DNA of 64,000 nt, taken from contig USDJ01000006.1 in the NCBI GenBank assembly GCA_900553395.1, positions 13,863 to 77,862 of the forward strand. Reading direction: 5' to 3'. Position numbers and translations under genes: made by a program. Shown one piece after another: positions 18,822-28,358 of the stretch; position 1 is the first letter of the stretch; every line of letters starts with the position of its first letter. Source of the DNA: an uncultured Mycoplasmatota bacterium (GTDB lineage: Bacteria; Bacillota_I; Bacilli_A; RF39; UBA660). Under the pieces are notes generated by a model. It ran no database searches. It saw only the letters and a list, made by a program, of their open reading frames with translations, and was not told the origin of the DNA.

Positions 18822-20078
18822 TTATTTCAAATATGATATAAACTCATCCATTGTAGTACTAGAAAATATAGTCATTCTTCTCACTTTATATTTATCTGTA
18901 CTTTTAGGATATGAATATCCATAAGTATTATATTGACCTATAAAAGCAAGTTTAAATCCTGCTTTTTTCAAAAGAGAAATAGCCCTATCATTAAAATCAA
19001 AGAATGGATAAGCGAAATACTTGCTTCCACCTAGCTTTTCTTGACTAATGCGTAAGTCTTCTAAAACTTTATCTTCATCAAGACATAGTATTCCTCCACC
19101 TTGATTGCCATACCCTTTACACTCATATTGATTATGCATATTATTGGTATGTGATTCTAAATCTAAATATTCAGATTTAAACTCATCATAAGTATCTTTT
19201 ATTCCTGTAATCACAAATAATGTTGCATTTACTTTATACTGCTCCAATAACTTAATAGCATCTAGATCAAATATAGTTCCATCATCTATAGTTAAAACTA
19301 TGCTTTTTTCTGGAATATTAATTTTACCATCTAAATACATTTCAAGTTCATTAAGTTTAAGTGTAAAATAATTATTTTCCCTAATATATTTTAAATGACT
19401 CTCAAACTGATCTAAAGTTTGGCATATAGCTTGATCACAATTATAAGTATCTGGGTTATATAAGAAATGATAAGTTAAAGTCCTTATTTTATCCTTATTC
19501 TTTAGTTCTGTGTTTATATTATCATAAATAGACTCTATATCTTCACTATTTATATATACTAGGGCATTATTATATTCAATGCCATATCTATTATCATCTT
19601 TAACTATTATAGGAAAGTCAAATGATGAATTAATAGTATATAATAAATTACCTTCATAATCATAAAAACTAGTAACATCTTTTGTTTTAATATTCTGATT
19701 AAAATATATATAATTTTTATATCTATCATCTATACTAAATGCATCTATCTTTTCTACATCGCGATAATATACATATATATCTAAATTTTCTATTTTAAAA
19801 TAAGTTGTTGTGGAAGTTAGTTCAATATCGTCTAGTATAAGATTAATATTTTCACTAATTTTTCCATATTCCTTATAATTATCATCGGTTTTATAATAAA
19901 GTTTAGCTTCTCTACTCGTTTTTACATATTTATTGTAATGACTTTTTACCTCACTTAAATTATCAATGCTATTGTCAGTTTTTTCTTTAGCATTATTCTT
20001 ATTAAAATTAATTAAAAAGGTAAACCCAAGTATAATTAAGGCTACTAATAAAATTCCAAAAATAGTATATTTTTTCAT
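18822..20078 (-). CDS. Membrane-anchored polysaccharide deacetylase (NodB homology domain)
   Basis: N-terminal TM helix. The catalytic-domain pattern is YHFL...F..HL.YI.ENNY..L, then SIVLTIDDGT, then LESHTNNMH. Confidence 0.75.
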   Translation of the reverse strand: MKKYTIFGILLVALIILGFTFLINFNKNNAKEKTDNSIDNLSEVKSHYNKYVKTSREAKLYYKTDDNYKEYGKISENINLILDDIELTSTTTYFKIENLDIYVYYRDVEKIDAFSIDDRYKNYIYFNQNIKTKDVTSFYDYEGNLLYTINSSFDFPIIVKDDNRYGIEYNNALVYINSEDIESIYDNINTELKNKDKIRTLTYHFLYNPDTYNCDQAICQTLDQFESHLKYIRENNYFTLKLNELEMYLDGKINIPEKSIVLTIDDGTIFDLDAIKLLEQYKVNATLFVITGIKDTYDEFKSEYLDLESHTNNMHNQYECKGYGNQGGGILCLDEDKVLEDLRISQEKLGGSKYFAYPFFDFNDRAISLLKKAGFKLAFIGQYNTYGYSYPKSTDKYKVRRMTIFSSTTMDEFISYLK

Positions 20079-20091
20079 ATTATCACCAATC

Positions 20092-21597
20092 TTAGTATGC
20101 GTTATTTATGAAGTATTTTTCATAAAAAGCTGATTTTTTCATAAGTTCATTATTAAAAGCATCATAGCCAAGTTCTTCTGCCAGAGTTTCACTTGATGAA
20201 AATAAGTCTGTTCCAAGACCTAAATGGTCATTTTCTATAGAAACGCCAAGAGCTGACAACGTTGTTGGAAACATATCTAATGTTGTAAATACTCTGTTTT
20301 TAGAATTAACCGGAACTTTATCTGTATTTATAAATGCATTATAAACACTTCTATTATAGCCACTATCTATAGAATCAAAAAATGTCTCCTGCATAGTAAA
20401 ATGATCTCCAGTTATTATTATAACTGTATCTTTATAAAAATCTTGTTCCTTAATCCAATTTATAAATTCATAAATCATACTATCCGAACATGAAAATGAA
20501 TTAGAATAATTGTCCTTAAATTTTTTCTCACAAGAAGAATCCAAATAGCCATCTGGAAAATGTGTATCGGCCGTTAACAAAGTAAAATTAAATGGTTCAT
20601 CACTTTTAGATATTTCTAGCAATTTATCTTTAGCAAAGGCAAACAATTTTTTATCTTCATAACCCCACCATACTTTATAATTTTTACTTATTAATTTATT
20701 TTTTCTAGCATATTCATAATCATAAATCTCATATTTCCCATGGTAACTAAAATAATCATCGCGGCATCCAAATGCAGCATCTGAGCCAATCATAAAATAA
20801 TTTTTATAACCGTTATCAAGTAAAATATCACCTAATGTATATAATCCTTTAATAGAATTATCATAACTTAAATCAGTATTTACATCAATAGACACTTTTA
20901 GTGGCACACCAGAAGTCTGCGCTATAAGCGCACCTGCTGTGTAAGTTGCGCCACTTACTTCATATCCACCACCTAAATTTTCTCTATTACTAAAATTAAG
21001 ATTATTTAGCGCTATAGACTCTAAATTAGGTATTATAGACTCTTCTAATGCTCCTCCATTTGCTTTTGAAGCAAAAGTAGATTCAAGTGACTCTACATAA
21101 ATATATATTAAATTTTTCTTCTTTTCTGGAAACGTTATGTTAACATTTCTAGGATCTATATAAAGTTCATCATATATCTTAGAATATTGATTTTGATACT
21201 TAATAAATTCATCAATTTTAAGTATTTTAACTGGAAGAAGTATACTAAATATTATATATAGAGTAAAAATTATCTTTCCTATATAATCTATAGCATCTAA
21301 TTGTGACTTCTTATCTTTTATAGTAATATTAACAAATACCTTACCTTTAAATTTTTGTGATATTTTTAATATTACTAGATAAATAGATATTGCTATAACA
21401 CCTGATATAACAACAAATAATAATCCTTTAGAAATTGAAGAAAAGCTTGTCCCTTTACTAGTCATCAAACTATAAACTATTTGCTCAAAAGGAACAGATT
21501 TAAAAGTATACTTTATATATAAAGATATAAGTACAACAAGAAGTAAAATTAATTCAAATATATATTTAATTACTTTTTTTGTGTTTTGGTTTTTCAT
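20092..21597 (-). CDS. LTA-synthase/sulfatase-family phospho(glycerol/ethanolamine) transferase
   Basis: Three N-terminal TM helices precede an extracytoplasmic sulfatase-like domain (LIYIYVESLES, GATYTAGALIAQTSG, LLTADTHFP, IIITGDH). Confidence 0.75.
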   Translation of the reverse strand: MKNQNTKKVIKYIFELILLLVVLISLYIKYTFKSVPFEQIVYSLMTSKGTSFSSISKGLLFVVISGVIAISIYLVILKISQKFKGKVFVNITIKDKKSQLDAIDYIGKIIFTLYIIFSILLPVKILKIDEFIKYQNQYSKIYDELYIDPRNVNITFPEKKKNLIYIYVESLESTFASKANGGALEESIIPNLESIALNNLNFSNRENLGGGYEVSGATYTAGALIAQTSGVPLKVSIDVNTDLSYDNSIKGLYTLGDILLDNGYKNYFMIGSDAAFGCRDDYFSYHGKYEIYDYEYARKNKLISKNYKVWWGYEDKKLFAFAKDKLLEISKSDEPFNFTLLTADTHFPDGYLDSSCEKKFKDNYSNSFSCSDSMIYEFINWIKEQDFYKDTVIIITGDHFTMQETFFDSIDSGYNRSVYNAFINTDKVPVNSKNRVFTTLDMFPTTLSALGVSIENDHLGLGTDLFSSSETLAEELGYDAFNNELMKKSAFYEKYFINNAY

Positions 21598-21907
21598 CTT
21601 TTACCTCTACATCTACTTGTAAATATTTTTCTACTATAATAAATAATACTGGTAATATGCAATTTACAAAAATAGAAAGCAATTCATATTTAAAAGAAAA
21701 TATATAGTGATCATTTATATATGTTAATATATTACCATCAAAACCATTAAGCAAAATAATTGGTAGCATAATCAAAAAGTTAGAAAATAAAACCAATAGT
21801 AAGAAATACATAATAAGATCACGTGTATTAACATTATTTTTTATTCTTTGTATTATTTTTATTCCTAATACACTAGGTAAAACTAAAATTAAAATTCCAT
21901 AAAACAT
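21566..21907 (-). CDS. Small polytopic membrane protein (3 TM helices), unknown function
   Basis: 113-aa ORF overlapping the next gene by 32 nt. It lies immediately downstream of the candidate ncRNA terminator. Confidence 0.5.
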   Translation of the reverse strand: MFYGILILVLPSVLGIKIIQRIKNNVNTRDLIMYFLLLVLFSNFLIMLPIILLNGFDGNILTYINDHYIFSFKYELLSIFVNCILPVLFIIVEKYLQVDVEVKDEKPKHKKSN

Positions 21908-21950
21908 ATTATCACATCCAATATTATTTTAACATATTATTTAATTATTT

Positions 21951-21975
21951 CAAACAAAAAAGGCATTTAAGCCTT
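21951..21975 (-). terminator. Intrinsic terminator of the candidate ncRNA
   Basis: The minus strand reads AAGGC-TTAAAT-GCCTT followed by TTTTTGTTTG. It lies 45 nt upstream of the next start codon. Confidence 0.6.
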
Positions 21976-22564
21976 AATTTAATCTATGGCATTAATATAG
22001 TTAACTTTACGTCTTAGGTCAAGTTGGATTTCCCTAAATATTACTTATCGTTACCAATAAGCGGTTCCCCATTAAAATATTTAGTATATTGTCACCAAAT
22101 ATACTACTTGATTGCCACTTAGTACGCACTACAATCCTATATTAACAACACTCTAGAAGATTTCCTCACCAAATTCTTGTTATTAATTCTTTTTTGCAAA
22201 TAGTATTTCAAATTGCACTTCAGTAGATTCTAGCTAAAAATTTACTAAACTGTTAACCAATTATCCCAACTATTCACTCAAGACAAGCTACACTACCCAT
22301 AACTTTCATCACAAAGTAGGTTTAATCCTATTTCGTATTCAGTCCGTCAGTAATTTCGTATAGGCAAAACACAACAATAGGTCTCCACGAATGGTGGGTC
22401 AGTTGCCATATGCCATTATGGTTGCCCAACATCCTCATTTCCAGCACTCACCCTACACTGGGCGTATAAAGCAAGCACAAGAAGTTTCACAGATATGCTC
22501 TTTAACGGATTTTTAGCCCCGTCTTCATAACAATTATTTGACTAGAATAATGTGCCATTGATGC
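21952..22564 (-). ncRNA. Candidate large (~610 nt) structured non-coding RNA, family unassigned
   Basis: No ORF of 60 aa or more in any frame. Its own promoter and terminator are listed as separate features. G+C rises to 29/60 in each of 22381-22440 and 22441-22500, against 11/60 in the coding line 22681-22740. Many helices can be drawn on the minus strand: 22083-22105 (8 bp), 22043-22062 (with a G.U pair), 22014-22037, 21979-21995, 22327-22364, 22302-22317, 22385-22397, and a long-range helix 22223-22235 with 22286-22296. Confidence 0.6.
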
Positions 22565-22569
22565 ACTAG

Positions 22570-22598
22570 ATTATAGCAAATTTACTTAATTTTGTCAA
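22570..22598 (-). promoter_or_regulatory. Near-consensus sigma-A promoter driving the candidate ncRNA
   Basis: The minus strand reads TTGACA (22598-22593), a 17-nt spacer ending in TGC (extended -10), then TATAAT (22575-22570). Confidence 0.65.
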
Positions 22599-22635
22599 AT
22601 TCACTATATAAATAGTATATTCTAAAGTTAAAATA

Positions 22636-24042
22636 TTAAAACCTAAAATATATAAAAGGATTATAAGTATTGCTAATTAAAAGGCATATGCAAAATATAA
22701 ATATCATTATATAAAGTAAATCTTCAATAATATAGTAATGCTTAAATGAGCTAAACTTCTTATTTATTTTATCAAATATAGGGAAACTAAATAGAAATGC
22801 AAATGGTATATATAAATAATAGTTAAGTAAGCTATAATTAATAGATAATGCTGCTTCTATAGGTAGTGATTTAAAATTAAAAATATTTTTAAATACATAA
22901 AGTAATAAATTTAAGTCTTCTGCTCTAAATATTATCCAACCGATATTTATTAATATAAACGTATATAACCATCTTACAAAGCCATTCCACTTAGACATGA
23001 ATTCTAATAAAAATAGCTTTTCTATCAATAAAATAATTGCAAAGTATACTCCCCAAATAATGAAATTCCAACTAGCTCCATGCCACAATCCTGTTAAAAT
23101 CCACACTATAATTATATTTCTAATCCATTTTGCTTTAGATACCCTATTACCTCCAAGAGGTATATATAAATAATCCCTAAACCATGATGATAATGAAATA
23201 TGCCATCTTCTCCAAAATTCAGTTATACTCTTTGACACATATGGATAATTAAAATTCTCTAAAAAGTCAAAGCCAAACATTGCCCCTAAACCAATAGCCA
23301 TATCACTATATCCTGAAAAATCAAAATATATCTGAAAAGTATATGCTAATGTGCCTAAAATTAATACTATTCCAGTATAATTGTTACTAATAGCAGAATT
23401 AAAAATTGTATCTGCTATTAAAGCCATATTATTAGCTATTATTATTTTTTTACTCAATCCTATTATAAATCTTCTAAGACCATTTGAAAATTTTTCTACA
23501 GAATGCTTTCTTTTTTTTAGTTCTTTTTCTACAGTTGAATATCTAACAATGGGTCCAGCTATAAGTTGAGGAAAAAGTGTTACATAAGTTGCTAGAAGTA
23601 AGATATTCTTTTGAACTTTAACTTCACCTCTATATACATCTATGACATAAGATAATGTTTGAAATGTATAAAAACTTATACCTATTGGTAAAACAAGATT
23701 AATAGTAATATTATTAGTATTAAATATATTTGAGAAAATACTATTAAAAAATCCCAAATATTTAAATATAAATAAAGTTAATATATTAAAAACTATAGTC
23801 AGTACTAATAATTTTTTCTTTAGAGATATTTTGCGTTTATATTTATCTATCAATATTGCAAAATAATAATTTAATACAATAGATAAAATCATCAAAATTA
23901 TGTATCTTGGCTCTCCCCAAGAGTAAAAAACTAATGAAAAGAACAATAGAACATAATTTTTATATTTATCTTTAGAGATATAATAAATAAGCAATGTAAT
24001 AGGTAAAAATATAAACAAAAATGTTAAACTACTAAAAACCAT
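22636..24042 (-). CDS. MBOAT-family membrane O-acyltransferase (AlgI/DltB-like)
   Basis: Polytopic protein with ITEFWRRWHISLSSWFRDYLYIPLGGNR and LTGLWHGASWNF, the MBOAT histidine region. Confidence 0.88.
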   Translation of the reverse strand: MVFSSLTFLFIFLPITLLIYYISKDKYKNYVLLFFSLVFYSWGEPRYIILMILSIVLNYYFAILIDKYKRKISLKKKLLVLTIVFNILTLFIFKYLGFFNSIFSNIFNTNNITINLVLPIGISFYTFQTLSYVIDVYRGEVKVQKNILLLATYVTLFPQLIAGPIVRYSTVEKELKKRKHSVEKFSNGLRRFIIGLSKKIIIANNMALIADTIFNSAISNNYTGIVLILGTLAYTFQIYFDFSGYSDMAIGLGAMFGFDFLENFNYPYVSKSITEFWRRWHISLSSWFRDYLYIPLGGNRVSKAKWIRNIIIVWILTGLWHGASWNFIIWGVYFAIILLIEKLFLLEFMSKWNGFVRWLYTFILINIGWIIFRAEDLNLLLYVFKNIFNFKSLPIEAALSINYSLLNYYLYIPFAFLFSFPIFDKINKKFSSFKHYYIIEDLLYIMIFIFCICLLISNTYNPFIYFRF

Positions 24043-24043
24043 T

Positions 24044-25219
24044 TTATTTGCTCCAATCTATATTAAAACTTTCATTAATTAAAAATGAATAATCAGCAAT
24101 AATAAGCACTTTATCTATATTATTTTCTTCTATATACCTTTTTATATCAAATTTTTCTCCCATTACTTCTTCATAATGCCTTAAATCTATTACATATGTT
24201 TTATTAAAATGAGACGCTATTAATTTATTTATTGCATTCGTATATGAAGAACCTAATACAAGCAAGTTATCTTTATCATTATTATTAAAATCAAAAATGA
24301 CTTCACCAGAATCTCCACCATAAAATTCACCATAATGATTAGTAAGCCTACTTCTATTATACTTGCCTTTAAAATAATTTTCTTCATTTCCATATGTATC
24401 ATATAATTTATCATTTATTATTGTGAATTCTGGAAAATTAAATTTATAAACAGTAAATAGTTCTTTATAGTCAAAAATCTGACTAATTCTTGATCTTGAA
24501 CCATAAAATACTATGTCATCAAAAGTAACAGTTTCAACTGGCTTTATTATGTTTTGAGCATCATCAAACATCTCAGCTATTTGTGTATATGCCATATAAG
24601 AGCCATAATAATTCCAATGGTGGTCAGTCTTATAAAATAATTTTCTATATTCTTCGTAATTTTTAAATTCCAATGAAGCAAAGTTGTAATTACCTTTCAA
24701 ATTTTTTTTAATGTAATCAATTATATTAATATGATACTCATTTTTTTCGAAATCAAAAATAGATGGAGTTGATAAAAAATAATAATAAGTATCTATATAA
24801 TCATTTAACTTGCTATAAACTTCTAATCTACTATTTATATTAGCTCTAGCCTCTTTAGTTAATTCATCATATTTCACTATTAAATCGTGATTGCAATTAT
24901 ATGTAAAAAAAGAGCCATCTAAATTCAAGTATTTATTTTTACAAAGTCTTTCTGGAATATTATTATAATCAGTAAAATTTAATATCGATTTTAACTCTTG
25001 CTTAATTGTCTCTCCACCTATAAACTGGTCTGATAGTGCACTTTCCAATTTTTTTTGATAAGTACCATCTAAATATGAAATAAACGTAAAATGTTCAAAT
25101 TTTTGTAATGTTCTATTTTCTGCAAAAGATATATTTTTTTCAACTCTCACAAATCCTAATTCACAGACAAATAATATTAAAAACACTAATATTATAAATA
25201 TTATATTTCTAGATTTCAT
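24044..25219 (-). CDS. DHHW-family (AlgJ/AlgX/DltD-like) extracytoplasmic O-acetylation partner protein
   Basis: N-terminal TM helix and the YKTDHHWNYYGSY motif. The gene directly follows the MBOAT gene. Confidence 0.75.
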   Translation of the reverse strand: MKSRNIIFIILVFLILFVCELGFVRVEKNISFAENRTLQKFEHFTFISYLDGTYQKKLESALSDQFIGGETIKQELKSILNFTDYNNIPERLCKNKYLNLDGSFFTYNCNHDLIVKYDELTKEARANINSRLEVYSKLNDYIDTYYYFLSTPSIFDFEKNEYHINIIDYIKKNLKGNYNFASLEFKNYEEYRKLFYKTDHHWNYYGSYMAYTQIAEMFDDAQNIIKPVETVTFDDIVFYGSRSRISQIFDYKELFTVYKFNFPEFTIINDKLYDTYGNEENYFKGKYNRSRLTNHYGEFYGGDSGEVIFDFNNNDKDNLLVLGSSYTNAINKLIASHFNKTYVIDLRHYEEVMGEKFDIKRYIEENNIDKVLIIADYSFLINESFNIDWSK

Positions 25220-25265
25220 AACATACCTTTCTACACTATTTTTTTAAATTAAATATGATTAAATG

Positions 25266-26087
25266 TTACTTGTCATCAGTCCAATCAGTAGCTTTAATCC
25301 AATTTTCATAAGGAAAAATATGCTCTAAATTTTTAGCAGCCCAATATTGCGTTAAATATGAAGAATAAATTATTTTTTCCTTTTTTAACAATGATTCTTC
25401 AGGTATTTTTTCACTTTTAGAGTTCTTTGCTTCACTTATTTCCATATATTTTCCAAAATAATATAAATTATCATATAATTTCATAGACATTGATATGTCC
25501 CTAACAATAGTAGAGCACATTTTATGGTGCCAATGTGAATATTCTCCATCTGGATTATGAGTTATTATTAGTTCCCAGTTTTTGTATCCAATAATTTCCT
25601 CTAAGGAGCGATAAATCTCATACCTGATTTTACCTCCCCAATCACTAACACCAGAACTGTTACTATCAATATATGCTAAACTTAAATACTTCGCGCCATA
25701 AGAATCAAGTGCTTTTTTAAATTCTTGCTCTCTTTCTGAATTTGGTTGGCAAGTTACACACACAACTAAATATTCTTTTCCATGCTCCATTAAATGATAA
25801 CCGCCGAAAATACTTTCATCATCAGGATGAGCAACTATCATTAGTTTGGTAATACCATCCAAATCTAATTTTTCTAACTTATCAGATATATTTTTATCAT
25901 AAGTATATTTGCTCTTAAACCTGTCGTCAATTTTTTTATACCTTAAGTTTAACTCTTTATTTACTAAATTTAAATCGTTATTCTTGTTATATAGCATATA
26001 TATAAAATACAATAACACAAGTATTATAATAATCATTACGGATATGAGTATTTTTAGACTTTTTATTCTTCTTAAATTTTTTTCCAT
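25266..26087 (-). CDS. Membrane-anchored PIG-L/LmbE-family N-deacetylase
   Basis: A TM helix followed by LMIVAHPDDESIFGG and a later HWHH cluster. Confidence 0.75.
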   Translation of the reverse strand: MEKNLRRIKSLKILISVMIIIILVLLYFIYMLYNKNNDLNLVNKELNLRYKKIDDRFKSKYTYDKNISDKLEKLDLDGITKLMIVAHPDDESIFGGYHLMEHGKEYLVVCVTCQPNSEREQEFKKALDSYGAKYLSLAYIDSNSSGVSDWGGKIRYEIYRSLEEIIGYKNWELIITHNPDGEYSHWHHKMCSTIVRDISMSMKLYDNLYYFGKYMEISEAKNSKSEKIPEESLLKKEKIIYSSYLTQYWAAKNLEHIFPYENWIKATDWTDDK

Positions 26088-26088
26088 T

Positions 26089-26562
26089 TTAGATGCTTCT
26101 TTCTAACAATTTAATGATATTTGGTGTATTACTCTTGAATTTCTTTGGCTTGAATTTTTTTGCTTCTATAAGTAACTTATCTAAATTATCAAAATCCTCT
26201 AAGTATAAAATATATCCTTCTTTTGCAAAGTTTTCTACAATTTGAAGTTGATGGTCATTAACATGCTCATTATACTTTTTTAGTCTTGGAGCTGCTATGA
26301 CAATTTTATTATTTTTTAATCCTGTTATAATTGATCCAACACCACCGTGTGTAATCAAAATATCGCATTCTTTTATTTTTTCATCAAATTCATTCATTGG
26401 TATTAAATCGAATATTTCCATATCTTTCGACTTAAAATTTGAAGTACAACCAGCTTGAACAATAACTTTTTCGTTTATTTTCTTATTATCTATTTGTTTT
26501 TGTATAGCCTCAAGTAATCTTGTGAATTTTTTATCTTGAGTACCTAATGTTACTAATATCAT
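26089..26562 (-). CDS. Alg13/PssE/Cps14G-like glycosyltransferase catalytic subunit (Glyco_tran_28_C)
   Basis: ILVTLGTQDKKFTRLL and ITHGGVGSI. The likely start is the ATG at 26562-26560, which overlaps the upstream TAA (TAATG) after GGAGGGTGG. The track start at 26574 is a GTG. Confidence 0.75.
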   Translation of the reverse strand: MILVTLGTQDKKFTRLLEAIQKQIDNKKINEKVIVQAGCTSNFKSKDMEIFDLIPMNEFDEKIKECDILITHGGVGSIITGLKNNKIVIAAPRLKKYNEHVNDHQLQIVENFAKEGYILYLEDFDNLDKLLIEAKKFKPKKFKSNTPNIIKLLERSI

Positions 26563-27029
26563 TAATAAATCCACCCTCCATATATTGCTTTAGGATATAA
26601 TTTCAACATGCTTTCCCATTGTACAATAAACACATCAGATATAGGATAAACTATTTTTCCAGATAGCGTTTTTGTTTTACTATTGGCAAAAGTTTCAATA
26701 AAGATTATCTTACTACCAAAAAGTTTACCTATATAACACATTGGAACCGCAGTATGTGTGCCTGTAGTAACTATTGCTTTAGGTCTTATTTTAATATAAA
26801 GTACCAATGATTTAAAAATGTTATAAATAAATTTAAAAAAGTAAGTAAATAAATTTTTCCTTGTTCCATAAACTAAATAATTAACATTTTTATACTTATA
26901 TTTTAAATTTTTAGTAGACTTTGTCTTTTCTGTTATTAAATAACTATCGTATTTTTCAAATAAAGGACTTAATTGCAGTAACTCATTCAAATGCCCACCA
27001 GTTGAAGATATAAATAATACTCTTTTCAT
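26562..27029 (-). CDS. Alg14/PssD/Cps14F-like glycosyltransferase accessory subunit
   Basis: MKRVLFISSTGGHLNELLQL and a size of 155 aa. It is paired with the Alg13-like gene, as in split bacterial UDP-sugar transferases. Confidence 0.7.
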   Translation of the reverse strand: MKRVLFISSTGGHLNELLQLSPLFEKYDSYLITEKTKSTKNLKYKYKNVNYLVYGTRKNLFTYFFKFIYNIFKSLVLYIKIRPKAIVTTGTHTAVPMCYIGKLFGSKIIFIETFANSKTKTLSGKIVYPISDVFIVQWESMLKLYPKAIYGGWIY

Positions 27030-27451
27030 TTTCTTTTATTCTCCTTAAATACTATAAATTTACTAAATATATAATTCAGTATTAAAACTAAAAATTGAAC
27101 TAATATTTTTGAAATCTTATCATTAATATTTAATAAAGATACAAAAACATACATAGACGCCATATCAATTAGTAATGTAGACACTCTTGATAGAAAAAAC
27201 TTAATGGCTGATGATAGATTTTCACTATTATTTTTGAAGACGAATTTTTTATTTGCAAAATATGCAAATGTAACAGCGCATATCCAAGATACAACATTTG
27301 CTACTTGCAACTGAAATGGATTATTTGGATTTAAAAAGGTTAAAACACTTATATAATATGTTGCTAAACTAACAAACGTGGTAAATCCTCCAACAATAAT
27401 ATAATTAATTATCTCTTCGTATTTTTTATAAACAATCATTATCTTTTTCAT
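27026..27451 (-). CDS. GtrA-family small membrane protein (lipid-linked sugar translocation)
   Basis: 141 aa with 4 TM helices and the pattern YIIVGGFTT....NKKFVFKNN. It is adjacent to a GtrB-like GT2 gene. Confidence 0.7.
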   Translation of the reverse strand: MKKIMIVYKKYEEIINYIIVGGFTTFVSLATYYISVLTFLNPNNPFQLQVANVVSWICAVTFAYFANKKFVFKNNSENLSSAIKFFLSRVSTLLIDMASMYVFVSLLNINDKISKILVQFLVLILNYIFSKFIVFKENKRK

Positions 27452-28358
27452 TACATAATATTTCCTTTACTATATATATTGGCCTATTTCTAGATTCCGT
27501 ATAATTTCTATATACGTATTCCCCTATTATTCCCATTAAAATGCTGTTAATTCCAAATATAAATAATACAAATGGAAACAAATAATAAAATACATTAACA
27601 CTTAAAATCAATTGAAAAATGAATATTAATATAGAAGCAATAATATTAAATATTGCTAACTTAAATATCATCGTTAGTGGGCTTTTTGAAAAAGATAAAA
27701 TTCCACTGACTCCATATCTAAGCAAACTTTTAAAACTCCAAGATGTTTTACCATTTACTCTTTTTTGGGGAGTATATGGTAGATAATAAGTATTAAATCC
27801 TATCCAATTAAAAATGCCTTTAGAAAATCTATCATGTTCTGTAATAGTTAATATAGTATCAATAACTTTTCTATTAAATAGTCTAAAATCACTTGCACCT
27901 ACCTTAACTTCAGTACCCATCGATTTTCCCATTATTTTATAAAATTTTGCTTTTATAAATGATATTAGTTTATTTTCTATTCTACTTTCTTGGTAATACG
28001 AAACTATATCTATATCGCTATTACTTTCTAATGCTTTAATCATAGGAAGTACTAAACTTGGTGGCTGCTGCATATCGGCATCTATTATTACTGCATAATC
28101 GCCAGTACACGTTTTTAAACCTGCAAATATACCTGCTTCTTTACCAAAATTTCTAGAAAAATTAATAACTTTGATATCAAAAGTTTTTTCTGATAACAAT
28201 TTTTTTAATTCACTATATGTATTATCTTTGCTACCATCGTTTACAAATATTAGTTCAACATTATATTTTTTGTTTTTAAAAGAATTTTTCACTTCTTCAT
28301 AAAATAAATTTATATTACGTTCTTCATTGTAGCAAGGAACAATAAAAGATATTTTCAT
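27426..28358 (-). CDS. GT2 polyprenyl-phosphate sugar transferase (GtrB/CsbB/DPM1-like) with two C-terminal TM helices
   Basis: ISFIVPCYNEE, VIIDADMQQPP (DXD) and a C-terminal hydrophobic pair. Confidence 0.8.
   Translation of the reverse strand: MKISFIVPCYNEERNINLFYEEVKNSFKNKKYNVELIFVNDGSKDNTYSELKKLLSEKTFDIKVINFSRNFGKEAGIFAGLKTCTGDYAVIIDADMQQPPSLVLPMIKALESNSDIDIVSYYQESRIENKLISFIKAKFYKIMGKSMGTEVKVGASDFRLFNRKVIDTILTITEHDRFSKGIFNWIGFNTYYLPYTPQKRVNGKTSWSFKSLLRYGVSGILSFSKSPLTMIFKLAIFNIIASILIFIFQLILSVNVFYYLFPFVLFIFGINSILMGIIGEYVYRNYTESRNRPIYIVKEILCNEKDNDCL

Noticed and set aside
20092-21907. I considered whether the 113-aa ORF and the LtaS-family ORF (32-nt overlap containing an A7 run) are one frameshifted gene.
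   Set aside because: The 501-aa protein already has three TM helices, which place the sulfatase domain outside the membrane. Adding the three helices of the 113-aa ORF would give an even number and invert the topology. The two ORFs are more likely separate and translationally coupled.
21952-22564. I considered whether the candidate ncRNA is RNase P RNA, tmRNA, SRP RNA or a group II intron.
   Set aside because: I found no intact GAGGAAAGUCC/ACAGAA P4 elements; the closest match is GAUGAAAGUUAUGGG. There is no tRNA-like 3' end with GGUUCGA...CCA, no SRP domain IV motif, and no 5' GUGYG with a domain V-like hairpin at the proper spacing. The length also does not fit RNase P, tmRNA or SRP. This rests on memory of consensus motifs only, so a covariance-model search is still needed.
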